Source: a virus (lineage: Duplodnaviria > Heunggongvirae > Uroviricota > Caudoviricetes). Taken from it: 64,000 nt of DNA. Of this stretch, positions 9,625-19,999 are shown one piece after another (the first letter of the stretch is position 1; each line of letters starts with the position of its first letter). The notes under the pieces are model-generated. The model worked only from the letters and a program-made list of their open reading frames with translations. It was not told the DNA's origin and ran no database searches. Position numbers and translations under genes: made by a program. The stretch lies in IMG/VR virus record IMGVR_UViG_2718218304_000001, positions 50,160 to 114,159 of that record, one strand, 5' to 3'.

Positions 9625-11940
9625 TCAGATTTTGCAGGCTCCGTCGCACTCATCTTCTGGCTCGACGGCTACAGCTTGCGTCAGTGGATTCTGCGGTTCG
9701 TCGTCATCACGCTTTCCTGCCCCATCTCTGGTGTTGTGGTAGTAAAGCGTTTTAACTCCCATCTTGTAGGCGAGAAGCAAATCTGACAGTAGCGTCATCA
9801 TTGGGACTTTATCGCCTTCAAAGCGAGAAGGGTCATAGTTGGTATTGGCTGAAATAGCCTGGTCAAAGAACTTCTGGATGATCGCCACCTTTGTCAGATA
9901 GCCGCGGTTGTCCGGCATATCCCACAGGTATTCATACTGTTCCTTCAGTTTTTCAAACTCAGGCACGACCATCTTAACGATGCCGTCCTTAGAAGATTTC
10001 ACCGACACCGGGCCACGAGGCGGTTCGATGCCGTTGGTGGAATTAGTGATCTGGCTGGAAGTCTCGCATGGCATTTGTGCCGTCAGTGTGGAGTTGCGAA
10101 GGCCGTATTTTGCAATACGTTCACGCAGTTCTTCCCACGGCATCTTTAACTCAAAGTTGGTTTCGCCACTTTCGTCTAATGAAGAACGGTAATGGTCGAT
10201 CGGCAACTGACCAATTGCGTACTTGGTCTGCTCAAACCAGTCACACTCACCTTTTGCTTCAGCAAGTCGGCAGCTGGCATCAAGAAGGTAATACTGGATA
10301 GCTTCGAACGTTTCATGCACCAGTTTATTGTCAGCGGTATCAGAATAACGAACGCCATTCTTTGCCAGGTAATAAGCAAAGTTGGTTACACCAATTCCCA
10401 AGCTACGACGAGCTTTGGCAGGCACTTCGGCTGCCTCCATCGGATAGTCTTGATAATCCAGTAACGAATCCAGTGCAGCAACGGCATAGAACGCCACCTC
10501 TTTAAGAGACTCCAGTGAACGGATGGCTCCGAGGTTAAAAGCGGATAAAGTGCATAGCGCGATCTCACCGTTCGGGTCGTCGGTAAATGCCAGTGGACGA
10601 GTGGGTAGAGTGATCTCCATGCACAGGTTTGACTGGCGAACAGGTGCAAGAGCAGGAATGAAAGCGCCATGCTCGTTAATATGATCGACGTTCGCAATAT
10701 AAATTCGGCCCGTGGACGCTCGTTCCTGCATCAGAGATGAGAACAGCTCAATGGCAGGTACTGACTTCTTGCGAATTGAATCATCGGCTTCGTATTTATG
10801 GTACAGCTTTTCAAACAGATCCTGGTCTGTGAAGAAGGCTTCGTACATATCAGGCACATCATGCGGGCTGAACAGAGTGATGTTCTCGCTTCTGACGAGT
10901 CGACGGTACATTAGACGGTTACTCATGACGCCGTAATCAAGATGGCGAACGCGGTTTTCATCAATACCACGGTTATTTTTCACCACCAGCAGACTTTCAA
11001 CTTCAAGATGCCAGATCGGGTAAAACGCTGTTGCTGCGCCACCACGAACACCACCTTGCGAGCAAGATTTAACAGCAGTCTGGAAATGCTTCAGGAATGG
11101 AATAACTCCGGTATGGGTGGCTTCACCATTGCGGATCTCACTGCCCAGCGCACGGATACGGCCAAAACCAATACCAATTCCAGCACGACGTGAAACGTAG
11201 TCGATAATTGCGGCTGAAGCTGCACTAATCCCTTTCAGACTATCGCCAGACTCAATCAGCACACAACTGGAGAACTGACGGGTTGGAGTACGGACGCCGG
11301 CCATGATTGGTGTGGGCAGAGACAGTTTGAACGTACTTGTAACGTCATAGAAACCTTTGACCATCTCCATACGTGTTTTGCCCGCGCAGTCGTCTTCCCA
11401 ATTCTGGAACAGACACATGCCCACCAGCATATAGATATGTTGCGGGCCTTCGTGAATCTCACCAGTAACACGGTTTTGAACGAGGTATTTGCTTTGCAAC
11501 TGCACCGTAGCTGCATAGCCAAAAAGATCGTCACGTTTCGGCTTAATGTAATTGCCGAGTTCTTCGATCTCTTCAAACGAATAATGTGTCAGCAAATCCT
11601 TGTCATAAACGCCCTTGTTAACGTTCTTGACAATGTGTTGGTAGAAGTTCGGATAGTCGTAACGACCGAAGGCATCTTTGCGGATTTTAAAAATGTTCAG
11701 GCGGGCAGCCACCTGTGAGTAATTTGGTGCTTCTGGTGAGATCAAATCAGCGGCAGATTTAACCAAAGCCTCATGCAACTGGCTGGTGGTAATCCCATCA
11801 AAAATGCTGGCCGCAGCTCCCATTGCTACAGCGGATGCGCTTACACCACGAATGCCTTCTACGCCATACATTACGACGCGGTTGTATTTTTCTTCGGATA
11901 ACGGCTCTGTTTGGCCGTTACGTTTTACGATGCTTATCAT
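9625..11940 (-). CDS. nrdA: ribonucleotide reductase class Ia alpha subunit
   Basis: 771 aa; N-terminal ATP-cone, FSSCVLIE active-site region, C-terminal CxxC tail; highly similar to E. coli NrdA as I recall it. Confidence 0.92.
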   Translation of the reverse strand: MISIVKRNGQTEPLSEEKYNRVVMYGVEGIRGVSASAVAMGAAASIFDGITTSQLHEALVKSAADLISPEAPNYSQVAARLNIFKIRKDAFGRYDYPNFYQHIVKNVNKGVYDKDLLTHYSFEEIEELGNYIKPKRDDLFGYAATVQLQSKYLVQNRVTGEIHEGPQHIYMLVGMCLFQNWEDDCAGKTRMEMVKGFYDVTSTFKLSLPTPIMAGVRTPTRQFSSCVLIESGDSLKGISAASAAIIDYVSRRAGIGIGFGRIRALGSEIRNGEATHTGVIPFLKHFQTAVKSCSQGGVRGGAATAFYPIWHLEVESLLVVKNNRGIDENRVRHLDYGVMSNRLMYRRLVRSENITLFSPHDVPDMYEAFFTDQDLFEKLYHKYEADDSIRKKSVPAIELFSSLMQERASTGRIYIANVDHINEHGAFIPALAPVRQSNLCMEITLPTRPLAFTDDPNGEIALCTLSAFNLGAIRSLESLKEVAFYAVAALDSLLDYQDYPMEAAEVPAKARRSLGIGVTNFAYYLAKNGVRYSDTADNKLVHETFEAIQYYLLDASCRLAEAKGECDWFEQTKYAIGQLPIDHYRSSLDESGETNFELKMPWEELRERIAKYGLRNSTLTAQMPCETSSQITNSTNGIEPPRGPVSVKSSKDGIVKMVVPEFEKLKEQYEYLWDMPDNRGYLTKVAIIQKFFDQAISANTNYDPSRFEGDKVPMMTLLSDLLLAYKMGVKTLYYHNTRDGAGKRDDDEPQNPLTQAVAVEPEDECDGACKI

Positions 11941-12013
11941 GTATCACCAAATAAAGAGGGCCACTAAATATAGTGGCCCATGTTAATAGATAAGTACTTA
12001 CCTATCAATGAAA

Positions 12014-12583
12014 TCAAATGAGAGACTTAAGAACATCGCGCACCTGGCGGAACTGATCTGTTTGCATACCGGTATGGATGGCAGCCACCGCATCAGCCAA
12101 ATGTTCGTTTTTGTTCACGAGAACATCCTGTCCAGATTGCTTACGACGCAGCCACGGTGCTTTAGGGTGTTTTTTCGTAGCCCACTGGATAATCTCTTCT
12201 TTCGATGTAGTAAGTTTATTGCCGACAAAATGCTTGATTTCGTTTGGAGTAACCTGGATCAATGGCTTATCCACACACGCAAGTACACCGATACAAATAC
12301 CGTAAGACGTCTGCGAACGAGAGTTTTGGCTCCCAACCGGTAGCTCACAAAAAACCATATTTGCCTTATCAATGATTGGCTTCGCAACACGCCATATTTC
12401 ACTGGCGCGGCGCAGATCGTCACTGTTCACACGAACGGTCTTTTTGTTACTCCCCGCTTTAGTCTCAACAAGAGTAAGGCCGTGAATCTCAAGTTCGTCC
12501 GTTTCAAGGTCTAAAGTGCCCACAGCAAGCCCAAAGTTGCTCATAGAGGGATCAACACCAACTACGCTGATTTTTTTACTCAT
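12014..12583 (-). CDS. RuvC-like Holliday junction resolvase (RNase H-fold)
   Basis: N-terminal VVGVDPSMSNFGLAV (catalytic Asp), typical of phage RuvC-like resolvases. Confidence 0.6.
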   Translation of the reverse strand: MSKKISVVGVDPSMSNFGLAVGTLDLETDELEIHGLTLVETKAGSNKKTVRVNSDDLRRASEIWRVAKPIIDKANMVFCELPVGSQNSRSQTSYGICIGVLACVDKPLIQVTPNEIKHFVGNKLTTSKEEIIQWATKKHPKAPWLRRKQSGQDVLVNKNEHLADAVAAIHTGMQTDQFRQVRDVLKSLI

Positions 12584-12592
12584 ATAGTCTCC

Positions 12593-13336
12593 TTACCATG
12601 TTCCCCATATAGGGTTTTCCAATAATCTCGCCTCCAACGAATTGGCTACTATTGCCGTTTGCAACGTTGGTTGGGGATAGTTTGCAAAGTCTGAATACTC
12701 ATTTTCCTGCGTGACACGTTTATCTACGGCATGTTTAACGCCACTTGCTATGAAATGACGCATGATGCCCAACAGCCTCCGACTGTCTGCACTATCGTTT
12801 GCTAAAACATGAGGGAGCTGAAGTTCGATTTCTACCATTTCTCCATACTTACCAACAAACTGTAGTTTGTCCGCACTGTACTTTTTATCCCTCCTTTGGA
12901 TAAGGAAACCAGTAAAAGCATCACCTGGCGATGCCAAACTATCCACCCGCTTATTGGCAAGTCGAATAAGGTTCGTGAAAGCCATACAGAGATGCGCATC
13001 CATTGCCCCAAAGAACCCTTCGCTATCAATGTTAAGATCTTCAGTTTCATGGGTTGCGATAAACCCAGGCCCGACGTTGGGGAGATATCCCCCCTCAACA
13101 AAAGGATTAATCAGGATCGGCGCAATACATCCAGGTGGTAGTGATTTCAAACTTTGCATCAATGGTGTCTCGGATATTAGACCAAGCAACGCGGCGAATT
13201 GCACTCCGTCAATATTGTTGCTGCCCCACAGAATACGTGGAGCCGCACCATTGGAGGTATGCCCATTGATCAGTTTTATCGACTGCATCACTGCAAATAC
13301 CTGCAAAAACTGCGAGCGGCTTAATTTAAACGACAT
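12593..13336 (-). CDS. hypothetical protein
   Basis: 247-aa ORF immediately downstream of the SbcC-like gene (4-nt overlap); no motif recognised. Confidence 0.45.
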   Translation of the reverse strand: MSFKLSRSQFLQVFAVMQSIKLINGHTSNGAAPRILWGSNNIDGVQFAALLGLISETPLMQSLKSLPPGCIAPILINPFVEGGYLPNVGPGFIATHETEDLNIDSEGFFGAMDAHLCMAFTNLIRLANKRVDSLASPGDAFTGFLIQRRDKKYSADKLQFVGKYGEMVEIELQLPHVLANDSADSRRLLGIMRHFIASGVKHAVDKRVTQENEYSDFANYPQPTLQTAIVANSLEARLLENPIWGTW

Positions 13337-15242
13337 AGCTGCGCCCCTCTTTAACTTCCAGCGTAATAGTTTCCCGGAACCACGACTTCATCTCTTTATG
13401 GGAGATAATCAGCACAGTACCTCGCTCGCGAGCTTTGGACTCCAGAATACCCATGAGGCGTTCAAGACCGGCTGTATCGAGTGCATCGTCAATTTCGTCG
13501 CCGATAAACAAATCGATGTTTTTACTCGCCCGGTTACTAACCAGATCCTGCAATGCCAAAGAACACGCAATGCGAACCTTCCGCTTCTCACCACCAGAGA
13601 GGGTTTGGAACGACTTACTTGAACCTTTCTTCTGCACACTAATGTTGAATTTGTCGCGATACTCACCTTTTTTAGTGACATCCATCGTCGACCACTCAGC
13701 AGTAATATTCCCGTCAGACAACGTATTGAGATACTCGGCAGTGCGTGTATTCAGGAAAGGCGTAACAGACGTCAAAATATGAGAACGCACCCCGGCAGGA
13801 GAGTAGACCTGACGAGCTTTTTCCAATAGCAACGTTTGTTCCTGAATAGCCTTCAACTCATCTTTTAAGGACTTGAAGGTAGACTTACTGGATACCAGGT
13901 TATCTTCGTGTCTGGCGATAAGAGCAATAAACGGATTAATCTCTTTTGATATACGATCGACCTCAGTACGAGCACGAGTCACAAGAGACTCAATAGCAAC
14001 AACCTCCTTCTCACGATGACGCAAAGATGAGAGTTGTTTCGTAAGCTCTTCAATCCGGGCAATGATAGCCGTTACATCAGGTGTCGTTTTAACAAGGGCA
14101 GACTCAATGCTTAACGCTTTCTCAAGATTCGTTTTGTGTTTAGCCATTGCCTCTGCAAGTGTCTTCGCCTGACCAATTTCCTGACGTGCTTGTTCAATGA
14201 AATTCTCCTTCACCGTTGATAGATCTTCTTCGCAGTAGGCTTTGCCACAAGTAGGGCATGGTGATCCCACTTTAGTACCAACCTCTTCTGCTTTGGTCTT
14301 AAAATTACGCGCGCGGTTCATTGCATCAGCCTGACTATTTTCTGTAGCTTTGATGCTTGCCCGAATATCAGTTATCGCACCACGAACTTTGAGCAACTTG
14401 GCGTCATGTTCTTCTTTTGAGGCTAACTTTTTGCGCTCACTTTCGATTGCCTTCTCGGTATCACGTATCTGTTCGGGAAGAGTGCGGATCTCAAGTTCAA
14501 CTTCCGTTAACTCAACTTCGGCACTGGCCAGCCCAGCCAGGGCATCGTCATAACGTTTAGAACGCTCTTGCTCCCATGATTCAGAGGAGGCTTTCGCTGA
14601 CTCAATTTCTGACTGTGTTGCCTCAATGGTCGAGATTGTCGACTCCAATTTGGTTTTAACCACATCCATACGTGCGGCAGCTGCATTAGCTCGCTCACGA
14701 GCAATAGCGTAGGCGCGTGTCAGTCTGTCAACGCCAGCGGCTTCTTCTACGATGGTTTTGAGGTTTTTGTCGGACATTCCAGGTAAATCTGGCATAGCTT
14801 CTTGGCTCGCATAGATGGAAGCCATGAAAACCTCTTTAGATGCACCGATCAGACGCTCGACGAACTCCTGCGTCAGCGCATCTTTGCCTTTCGTCATATC
14901 GCCATCTTCACCACGAACGATAAGACGATTTTTGAACTCTTTGTGTTTACGGTGACGAATGATTGCGTATCTCTTGCCTTCATCCTCGATGGTTACTGCA
15001 ACACGACAGTTCTTTTCATGGTCGGTAGACAACACATCGTCACCCTTCACACCATGAGCTGTTTCGCCATAAAGACACCACATCAGGCTATTCATTAGAG
15101 TTGACTTTCCAGAGCCATTACTTGATGCGGAACTATCATCACTATTAACACCCTGAATGAGCACTAAACCACGCTGATCTAACTCGACCTCCGCGCTGGC
15201 GATAGCCATAAAATTCTCAACCTGGAGCTTTAAAAACTTCAT
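13326..15242 (-). CDS. sbcC: SbcC/Rad50-like ATPase
   Basis: N-terminal Walker A GSGKST, long coiled-coil, central CPTCG zinc hook, C-terminal signature/Walker B region. Confidence 0.8.
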   Translation of the reverse strand: MKFLKLQVENFMAIASAEVELDQRGLVLIQGVNSDDSSASSNGSGKSTLMNSLMWCLYGETAHGVKGDDVLSTDHEKNCRVAVTIEDEGKRYAIIRHRKHKEFKNRLIVRGEDGDMTKGKDALTQEFVERLIGASKEVFMASIYASQEAMPDLPGMSDKNLKTIVEEAAGVDRLTRAYAIARERANAAAARMDVVKTKLESTISTIEATQSEIESAKASSESWEQERSKRYDDALAGLASAEVELTEVELEIRTLPEQIRDTEKAIESERKKLASKEEHDAKLLKVRGAITDIRASIKATENSQADAMNRARNFKTKAEEVGTKVGSPCPTCGKAYCEEDLSTVKENFIEQARQEIGQAKTLAEAMAKHKTNLEKALSIESALVKTTPDVTAIIARIEELTKQLSSLRHREKEVVAIESLVTRARTEVDRISKEINPFIALIARHEDNLVSSKSTFKSLKDELKAIQEQTLLLEKARQVYSPAGVRSHILTSVTPFLNTRTAEYLNTLSDGNITAEWSTMDVTKKGEYRDKFNISVQKKGSSKSFQTLSGGEKRKVRIACSLALQDLVSNRASKNIDLFIGDEIDDALDTAGLERLMGILESKARERGTVLIISHKEMKSWFRETITLEVKEGRSYVV

Positions 15243-15471
15243 ATAACACCTCTGATACCGTGTGTTAGCTTTTGGCCTTCTTTCAATCTGAACTCCGTAT
15301 GCGCCGGGAAGGATCTGCGCCTCAATACGCCTTTTCTTGTTAACCTTCCAAGATAAAACGCTACGGGATTTCCTTGTGGCGGGTAGGGCTTGTGAAACAT
15401 CACCGTCTGGCCTCGTTCAAGTCTTTTCATCGTGATGGCAAAGTCTCGAAAGCTCCCATAACGACTTTGCT

Positions 15472-16557
15472 TCACACAGCCTCCGAACTCTCCGCTTCGG
15501 TGAGGATTTCCTGACACAAAATATCCAATTTGCTCAGATCAAATCCGCCGTCAGTATCGTGGACAATCTTGCAATAAGCAGATACCGACTCTCCCAGGCT
15601 ATCGATTTTGCTGGTTTCAGTTGTGCTGGCTGTCCCTTCCATCATTGATGACTTACGGATGAAGTTGCACACGACACCTTTTGCACCCATTGTTTTGAGG
15701 ATGTTCTGGTACTTAATGCCTTCTTCATCGTTCTCAATTACGGCGCGGAAACGCACGTAGTTGCCGCGAATTTGGTCATCAGCAACATCATCTTCCAGGT
15801 TAATGAATTTAGGCGCACTGGTTTCGTAGTGACTGAAACTGCCGTCCGGGTTTACGATCATGTAGCCAGCCAGAGATCCAACATCTCCCCAATTTTGATG
15901 AGTCAGTGCACCGACACTGATAACTCCAGGAATGACCTCTTTGTGGTTGTGGTAATGCCCACTAAGCACGAGACGAAAGCCGATATCCTTTAACTCCTGC
16001 GCATCGATACCGACGTCAGGCATTGTTGGAATGGCTTTGTTAATGGATGTATGGATAACAACGTCATGATTATCACCTTCTACGCTCTTACGTAATGCTT
16101 TCAGATCGCTGATAAGCTCCGCATGATTGTTACGCCAGCTAATCAGGTGGACAGTCACATCACCAATTTTTATTGAGTGTGGGCGCTTGCCACATACGAT
16201 TACCACGCCGATAGAACTCAGCGATGCTGCTGCGTTGGCGCTATATACTGAATCGTTGGTTTCAAGATCGTGATTACCGGCCAGCATTACTACTGTCAGA
16301 TCAAGCTCGTTGATAATCCACTTGTACGTTTCAGTTACGTAATGCAAAACAGAAGGGGACACAGTTCCTCGGACGTGAAATGTATCACCGGCAACCAACA
16401 TGTACTTACAACCGGCCTTCTTCATGGCGATGGCTGCTTCTTTCGTTGCTTCCAACTGTATTTCAAGTCTGGAGTTAAGCCCCTCAGCGTTCGTCGTGGA
16501 GAACGCATCCCATTTGTGGTAGTGGCAGTCAGAAATGACGCCGTATGGCAAAGTCAT
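15472..16557 (-). CDS. sbcD: SbcD/Mre11-like nuclease
   Basis: Calcineurin-like phosphoesterase motifs (SDCHYH, GDTFH, GNHD); paired with the SbcC-like gene. Confidence 0.8.
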   Translation of the reverse strand: MTLPYGVISDCHYHKWDAFSTTNAEGLNSRLEIQLEATKEAAIAMKKAGCKYMLVAGDTFHVRGTVSPSVLHYVTETYKWIINELDLTVVMLAGNHDLETNDSVYSANAAASLSSIGVVIVCGKRPHSIKIGDVTVHLISWRNNHAELISDLKALRKSVEGDNHDVVIHTSINKAIPTMPDVGIDAQELKDIGFRLVLSGHYHNHKEVIPGVISVGALTHQNWGDVGSLAGYMIVNPDGSFSHYETSAPKFINLEDDVADDQIRGNYVRFRAVIENDEEGIKYQNILKTMGAKGVVCNFIRKSSMMEGTASTTETSKIDSLGESVSAYCKIVHDTDGGFDLSKLDILCQEILTEAESSEAV

Positions 16558-16811
16558 GTGTTTTTCCTTTGTGGTTATTTTGATACAAATTCTAAGAGCA
16601 ATGAGGAGGTAAACAACTATGCATAACGGTATGTTAGGAATGAAACGAGCGCCTTAATATACAAAATTTATAAGTAAGTATATACCTATTTATCGTGGCG
16701 CAACTTTGCTTGTCTGTATGACTAAAAATAAGACAGGATCACTGTAGAACGCTATGAGAGCTATTTTGAGGGGGCGTAGATTCTATCTACGCCAATATAC
16801 GATCTGGAGGG

Positions 16812-17456
16812 TTACAGCGCGTCAGTGGGCTTTTTACGCGCTGCGTTTATGCTTATGACGCCAGCTTTTGGACGTGGGTCAACAAGGTTAAGCTCTTCTT
16901 CACTGTGGTATTCGAGGTCGAACTCACGTTTTACATGTCTGATGTAGATTGCGGTGAGCAGGCTATCTTTGGTCAGAAAGTGTCCGTAGGATTTGCGGAT
17001 CACTTCTTCTACCTTCTCGATTTTCTCACCACCCATACAGAGATGATTAAACCGGCTGTGTTTCCGCAACATTTCGTCTACTGGGCCTGAGTAAACCTTG
17101 TCTACTTTCCCAAAACGGATGATTTTCCCTGTGTCTGCGGATACGAGGCAAATCAGCTTGTCTGGTGATAAACGATCTCGCCACGTCACACCTGAACGGA
17201 GTGTGTTGAAGTAGGGAGCATCCAATCCGATGATCGGTTTACGAAATGCGAGTAATGGAACGTACCTGATGCAACTGTTTAAATGAAAATTCACACCAGC
17301 CTTATCAAGTTTAATTCTGGTTTCGTAGATCGGGCACTTTGCCGCTATACCGCAGATGTCACAAAGCAACTTCTGCTTATTCAGGTTGGAATTTGATTCG
17401 ATAGTGTAGGAGCCGTCTTCAAGACGACGAACCCAGCGCGTGCGTTTTAGATCCAT
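16812..17456 (-). CDS. hypothetical protein (Cys-containing)
   Basis: 214-aa ORF with CDICG...C cluster; no confident family assignment. Confidence 0.45.
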   Translation of the reverse strand: MDLKRTRWVRRLEDGSYTIESNSNLNKQKLLCDICGIAAKCPIYETRIKLDKAGVNFHLNSCIRYVPLLAFRKPIIGLDAPYFNTLRSGVTWRDRLSPDKLICLVSADTGKIIRFGKVDKVYSGPVDEMLRKHSRFNHLCMGGEKIEKVEEVIRKSYGHFLTKDSLLTAIYIRHVKREFDLEYHSEEELNLVDPRPKAGVISINAARKKPTDAL

Positions 17457-17654
17457 ATGTCATTTTTCTGTGATTGTTAGCCGAGGCAACGATAACCCAC
17501 CAGGTGCGCCGAAGGTAGTAAATGCCTGTTTTAATTATTCACATATCCACAGGATAGATCCTAATAAAGAGATCCATAGATAGATCCTTGTATAGATCAA
17601 ATAAGATCCCCGATCGCTGTAAGCCGCGCCACGACTGGTCTGAAGCCATGTTCA

Positions 17655-17760
17655 TGTATGCTGTCAGCGGTAATTGATAGTCTGTCAGCGGTTCACCGTA
17701 TGCTGCCAACTGTTTTTGGTATTCTGTCAGCGGCAAATCAAGTATGCTGTCAGCGGTTGA
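17655..17760. repeat. iteron array (5 copies, ~21-bp phasing) upstream of repA; candidate origin
   Basis: Repeats of (G)TATGCTGTCAGCGGT and variants at about 17657, 17678, 17699, 17722, 17743. Confidence 0.8.
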
Positions 17761-17777
17761 ATGACAAAGGTGTCCAC

Positions 17778-18872
17778 ATGTCCACAAAAAATAAAAAAGG
17801 TAAAAATAACAAAGAAGTAGAAGATAATCTCGACAACTTTGAAGAAGGTTCCCTTGAATTGTACACAGGGGAACTTGTCCCTAATAGCAACAATACAGTC
17901 CAACCAATTGCGTTGATGCGGCTGGGATTGTTCGTGCCCACGCTCAAGGGGACAAAATACAGCAAGCGTAACAAGCCAAATGAGATCGATGCTTCAAAGG
18001 AGCTTGTCCAGCTCGAAGTAGCCCGTTCTGAAGGCTATTCCGATATCAAGATAACCGGTCCTCGTCTCGACATGGATCATGATTTCAAAACGTGGGTGGG
18101 CGTTGTGCGTTCGCTGGCAGAATACGGCGAACCTAATGGTCGTGTCGAGTTAAGCATCACGAAATTTGCGAAGTTTTGTGGCTATCCATCGTCACAGATC
18201 CGCAAAACACTCCGCGACCGGCTTACAAACAGTCTTTTGAAGATCATGCGTACAACTCTGTCTTTCCAGAGAACGTATGAAGAAAAGAACGTCGACGGCT
18301 CTAACAAGATCTCGCTTCTGATGGTGCACCTCATCAATAGCGTGGACTACAACGAGCAGAAAGATACGGTGGTGTTCTATGCAGAACCGAAGCTGGCCGA
18401 ACTATATCGCTTTGACCATAAGGTTCTTTTGCAGTTAAAGGTTATCAATAAGCTACCACGCAAAGAAACAGCACAGGCTCTGTACACCTTCATCGAAAGT
18501 CTTCCAACCAAGCCTGCGCCGGTATCGCTTGCTCGATTGCGTGCGCGACTCAATTTGAGTAGCAGGAATGTCAGCTCGCAGAATCAGACTATACGTAACG
18601 GCTTAAAAGCTCTCCAAGATTTGGGCTATCTCGAATACAGCGAGATTAAGCGTGGGCGGTCGATCTATATCCAGATTCACAGCCGCAATCCAAAACTTAA
18701 AGTCGCACCGCCAAAACCTGAAGACATCGAACCCAAAAAACCAGATGAGAAAGCCGGGGAAATTGATGCTAAACAGAACATTATCAACAAGATAACTGAA
18801 CTTTCGCAGAATTTGACGCCTGAAAATATCAAGATGATTGAGATCCTTTCCAATAGTCTCAAACTGCTTTGA
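17778..18872 (+). CDS. repA: plasmid-type replication initiator (RepA-like, iteron-binding)
   Basis: Track ORF 17658..18872 overlaps the iterons; ATG at 17778 (MSTKNKKGK...) is the likely start; gene is bracketed by iteron arrays as in P1-type replicons. Confidence 0.65.
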   Translation: MSTKNKKGKNNKEVEDNLDNFEEGSLELYTGELVPNSNNTVQPIALMRLGLFVPTLKGTKYSKRNKPNEIDASKELVQLEVARSEGYSDIKITGPRLDMDHDFKTWVGVVRSLAEYGEPNGRVELSITKFAKFCGYPSSQIRKTLRDRLTNSLLKIMRTTLSFQRTYEEKNVDGSNKISLLMVHLINSVDYNEQKDTVVFYAEPKLAELYRFDHKVLLQLKVINKLPRKETAQALYTFIESLPTKPAPVSLARLRARLNLSSRNVSSQNQTIRNGLKALQDLGYLEYSEIKRGRSIYIQIHSRNPKLKVAPPKPEDIEPKKPDEKAGEIDAKQNIINKITELSQNLTPENIKMIEILSNSLKLL

Positions 18873-19405
18873 TATGCTGTCAGCGGTGAAATGTATGCTA
18901 TCAGCGGCTATTTTTCTGAAAAGTATGCTGTGAACGGTTAAAGATATGCTACCAGCGGTATAGTGAGATGAACGTATGCTGTGGGCGGTAAATCATCTAT
19001 CACCACTCAATGCTCTTTTATACCTCCCCAGTGGTTACTAACCTCGAAGAGTGCATTCCATATAGGTTTGCGCTCACTAACATTCTATTCCCATTGCGCT
19101 GATTGCTTGTAGTGAAAGGCATTTATTGCCTGCTGCTCCCTGATAGAACGTATGCTGTCAGCGGTGTTTTATTGAGGAATTTTTGTTTGGATATGCTATC
19201 AGCGGTAATTAATGGTATATGTCAGACCTTCGTATGCTGCCAGCGGTAATTTTGTTCTGGTTATACCCATACCGGTACACATTATTCATGCAATGTCTTA
19301 AGTATGCTGTCAGCGGTAAAAAATCGAGTAAAGTATGCTGTGAGCGGTGAGATAGACTCTCGATATGCTATCAGCGGTAGTTGATTGTGTATGCTGTTAG
19401 CGGTG
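18872..19405. repeat. second iteron array (about 12 copies, irregular spacing) downstream of repA; candidate copy-control locus
   Basis: Same TATGCT(G/A)TCAGCGGT core at about 18874, 18895, 18923, 18944, 18974, 19150, 19192, 19232, 19302, 19332, 19364, 19388. Confidence 0.8.
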
Positions 19406-19451
19406 ACGACTATGAAATATGACTGCGGCACGTTCCGCAGTCAGTTTGCAT

Positions 19452-19664
19452 TTAGTGTATTTTCTTTAACAGACCCCAAAGTGTTCCGGCTTTTGTAGTC
19501 AGTTTTCCTGTTTCTGGATCGTACATACGCCATTCACGCCGCTGGTGGACGATATACCCATCTTCACGTTCCAGACGCTCAAGAATGCCAGACTGCTTGA
19601 AACCCTTAGCACGCCAGTATCCGCTTGTTTTCTCGATTTCCAGACCTGCCAGTGTTAATGCCAT
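19452..19664 (-). CDS. hypothetical small protein
   Basis: 70-aa ORF translationally coupled to the upstream gene. Confidence 0.4.
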   Translation of the reverse strand: MALTLAGLEIEKTSGYWRAKGFKQSGILERLEREDGYIVHQRREWRMYDPETGKLTTKAGTLWGLLKKIH

Positions 19665-19999
19665 TATCCAACCTCCTTGCAGTCATCGAAAAGGTAGCTT
19701 TGCTGAGAAGCGTGAACGCCATAGAAGCCCTTGTATTTGTTGTATACGAAGTGGTCTTCTCCGACGCCGGTTAATTTGCCATTACGGTTTGTGAGATATG
19801 GGGATGACAATACTCGATCGTCACGCACAACATAGAACTGGTCGCCGCTGTCTACGACCATCGCTCCATATGGTGCTTTTATGACGTCGGTAAGAGCGCC
19901 ATTCTTAACGTCGGCTACAGACATTTCACACTGATAAACAGTGGTGTCGGCCACAACGATCGAGGAAAGGAACAACAGAGCGAATGGGATGGCCTTCAT
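19664..19999 (-). CDS. secreted hypothetical protein (signal peptide)
   Basis: N-terminus MKAIPFALLFLSSIVVA looks like a Sec signal peptide. Confidence 0.5.
   Translation of the reverse strand: MKAIPFALLFLSSIVVADTTVYQCEMSVADVKNGALTDVIKAPYGAMVVDSGDQFYVVRDDRVLSSPYLTNRNGKLTGVGEDHFVYNKYKGFYGVHASQQSYLFDDCKEVG

Noticed and set aside
15239-15517. 92-aa basic ORF in the SbcC-SbcD intergenic gap
   Set aside because: Overlaps the SbcD-like gene end by 46 nt, no clear RBS, low-complexity basic sequence; may be real but unsupported
17539-17787. 82-aa minus-strand ORF and the first 40 codons of track ORF 17658..18872
   Set aside because: Both run through the upstream iteron array; repA more plausibly starts at ATG 17778
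17655-19405. Possible CRISPR array (many copies of a ~15-bp repeat)
   Set aside because: Repeats are short, imperfect, irregularly spaced (6-60 bp) and bracket a RepA gene; no cas genes or uniform spacers, so these are iterons
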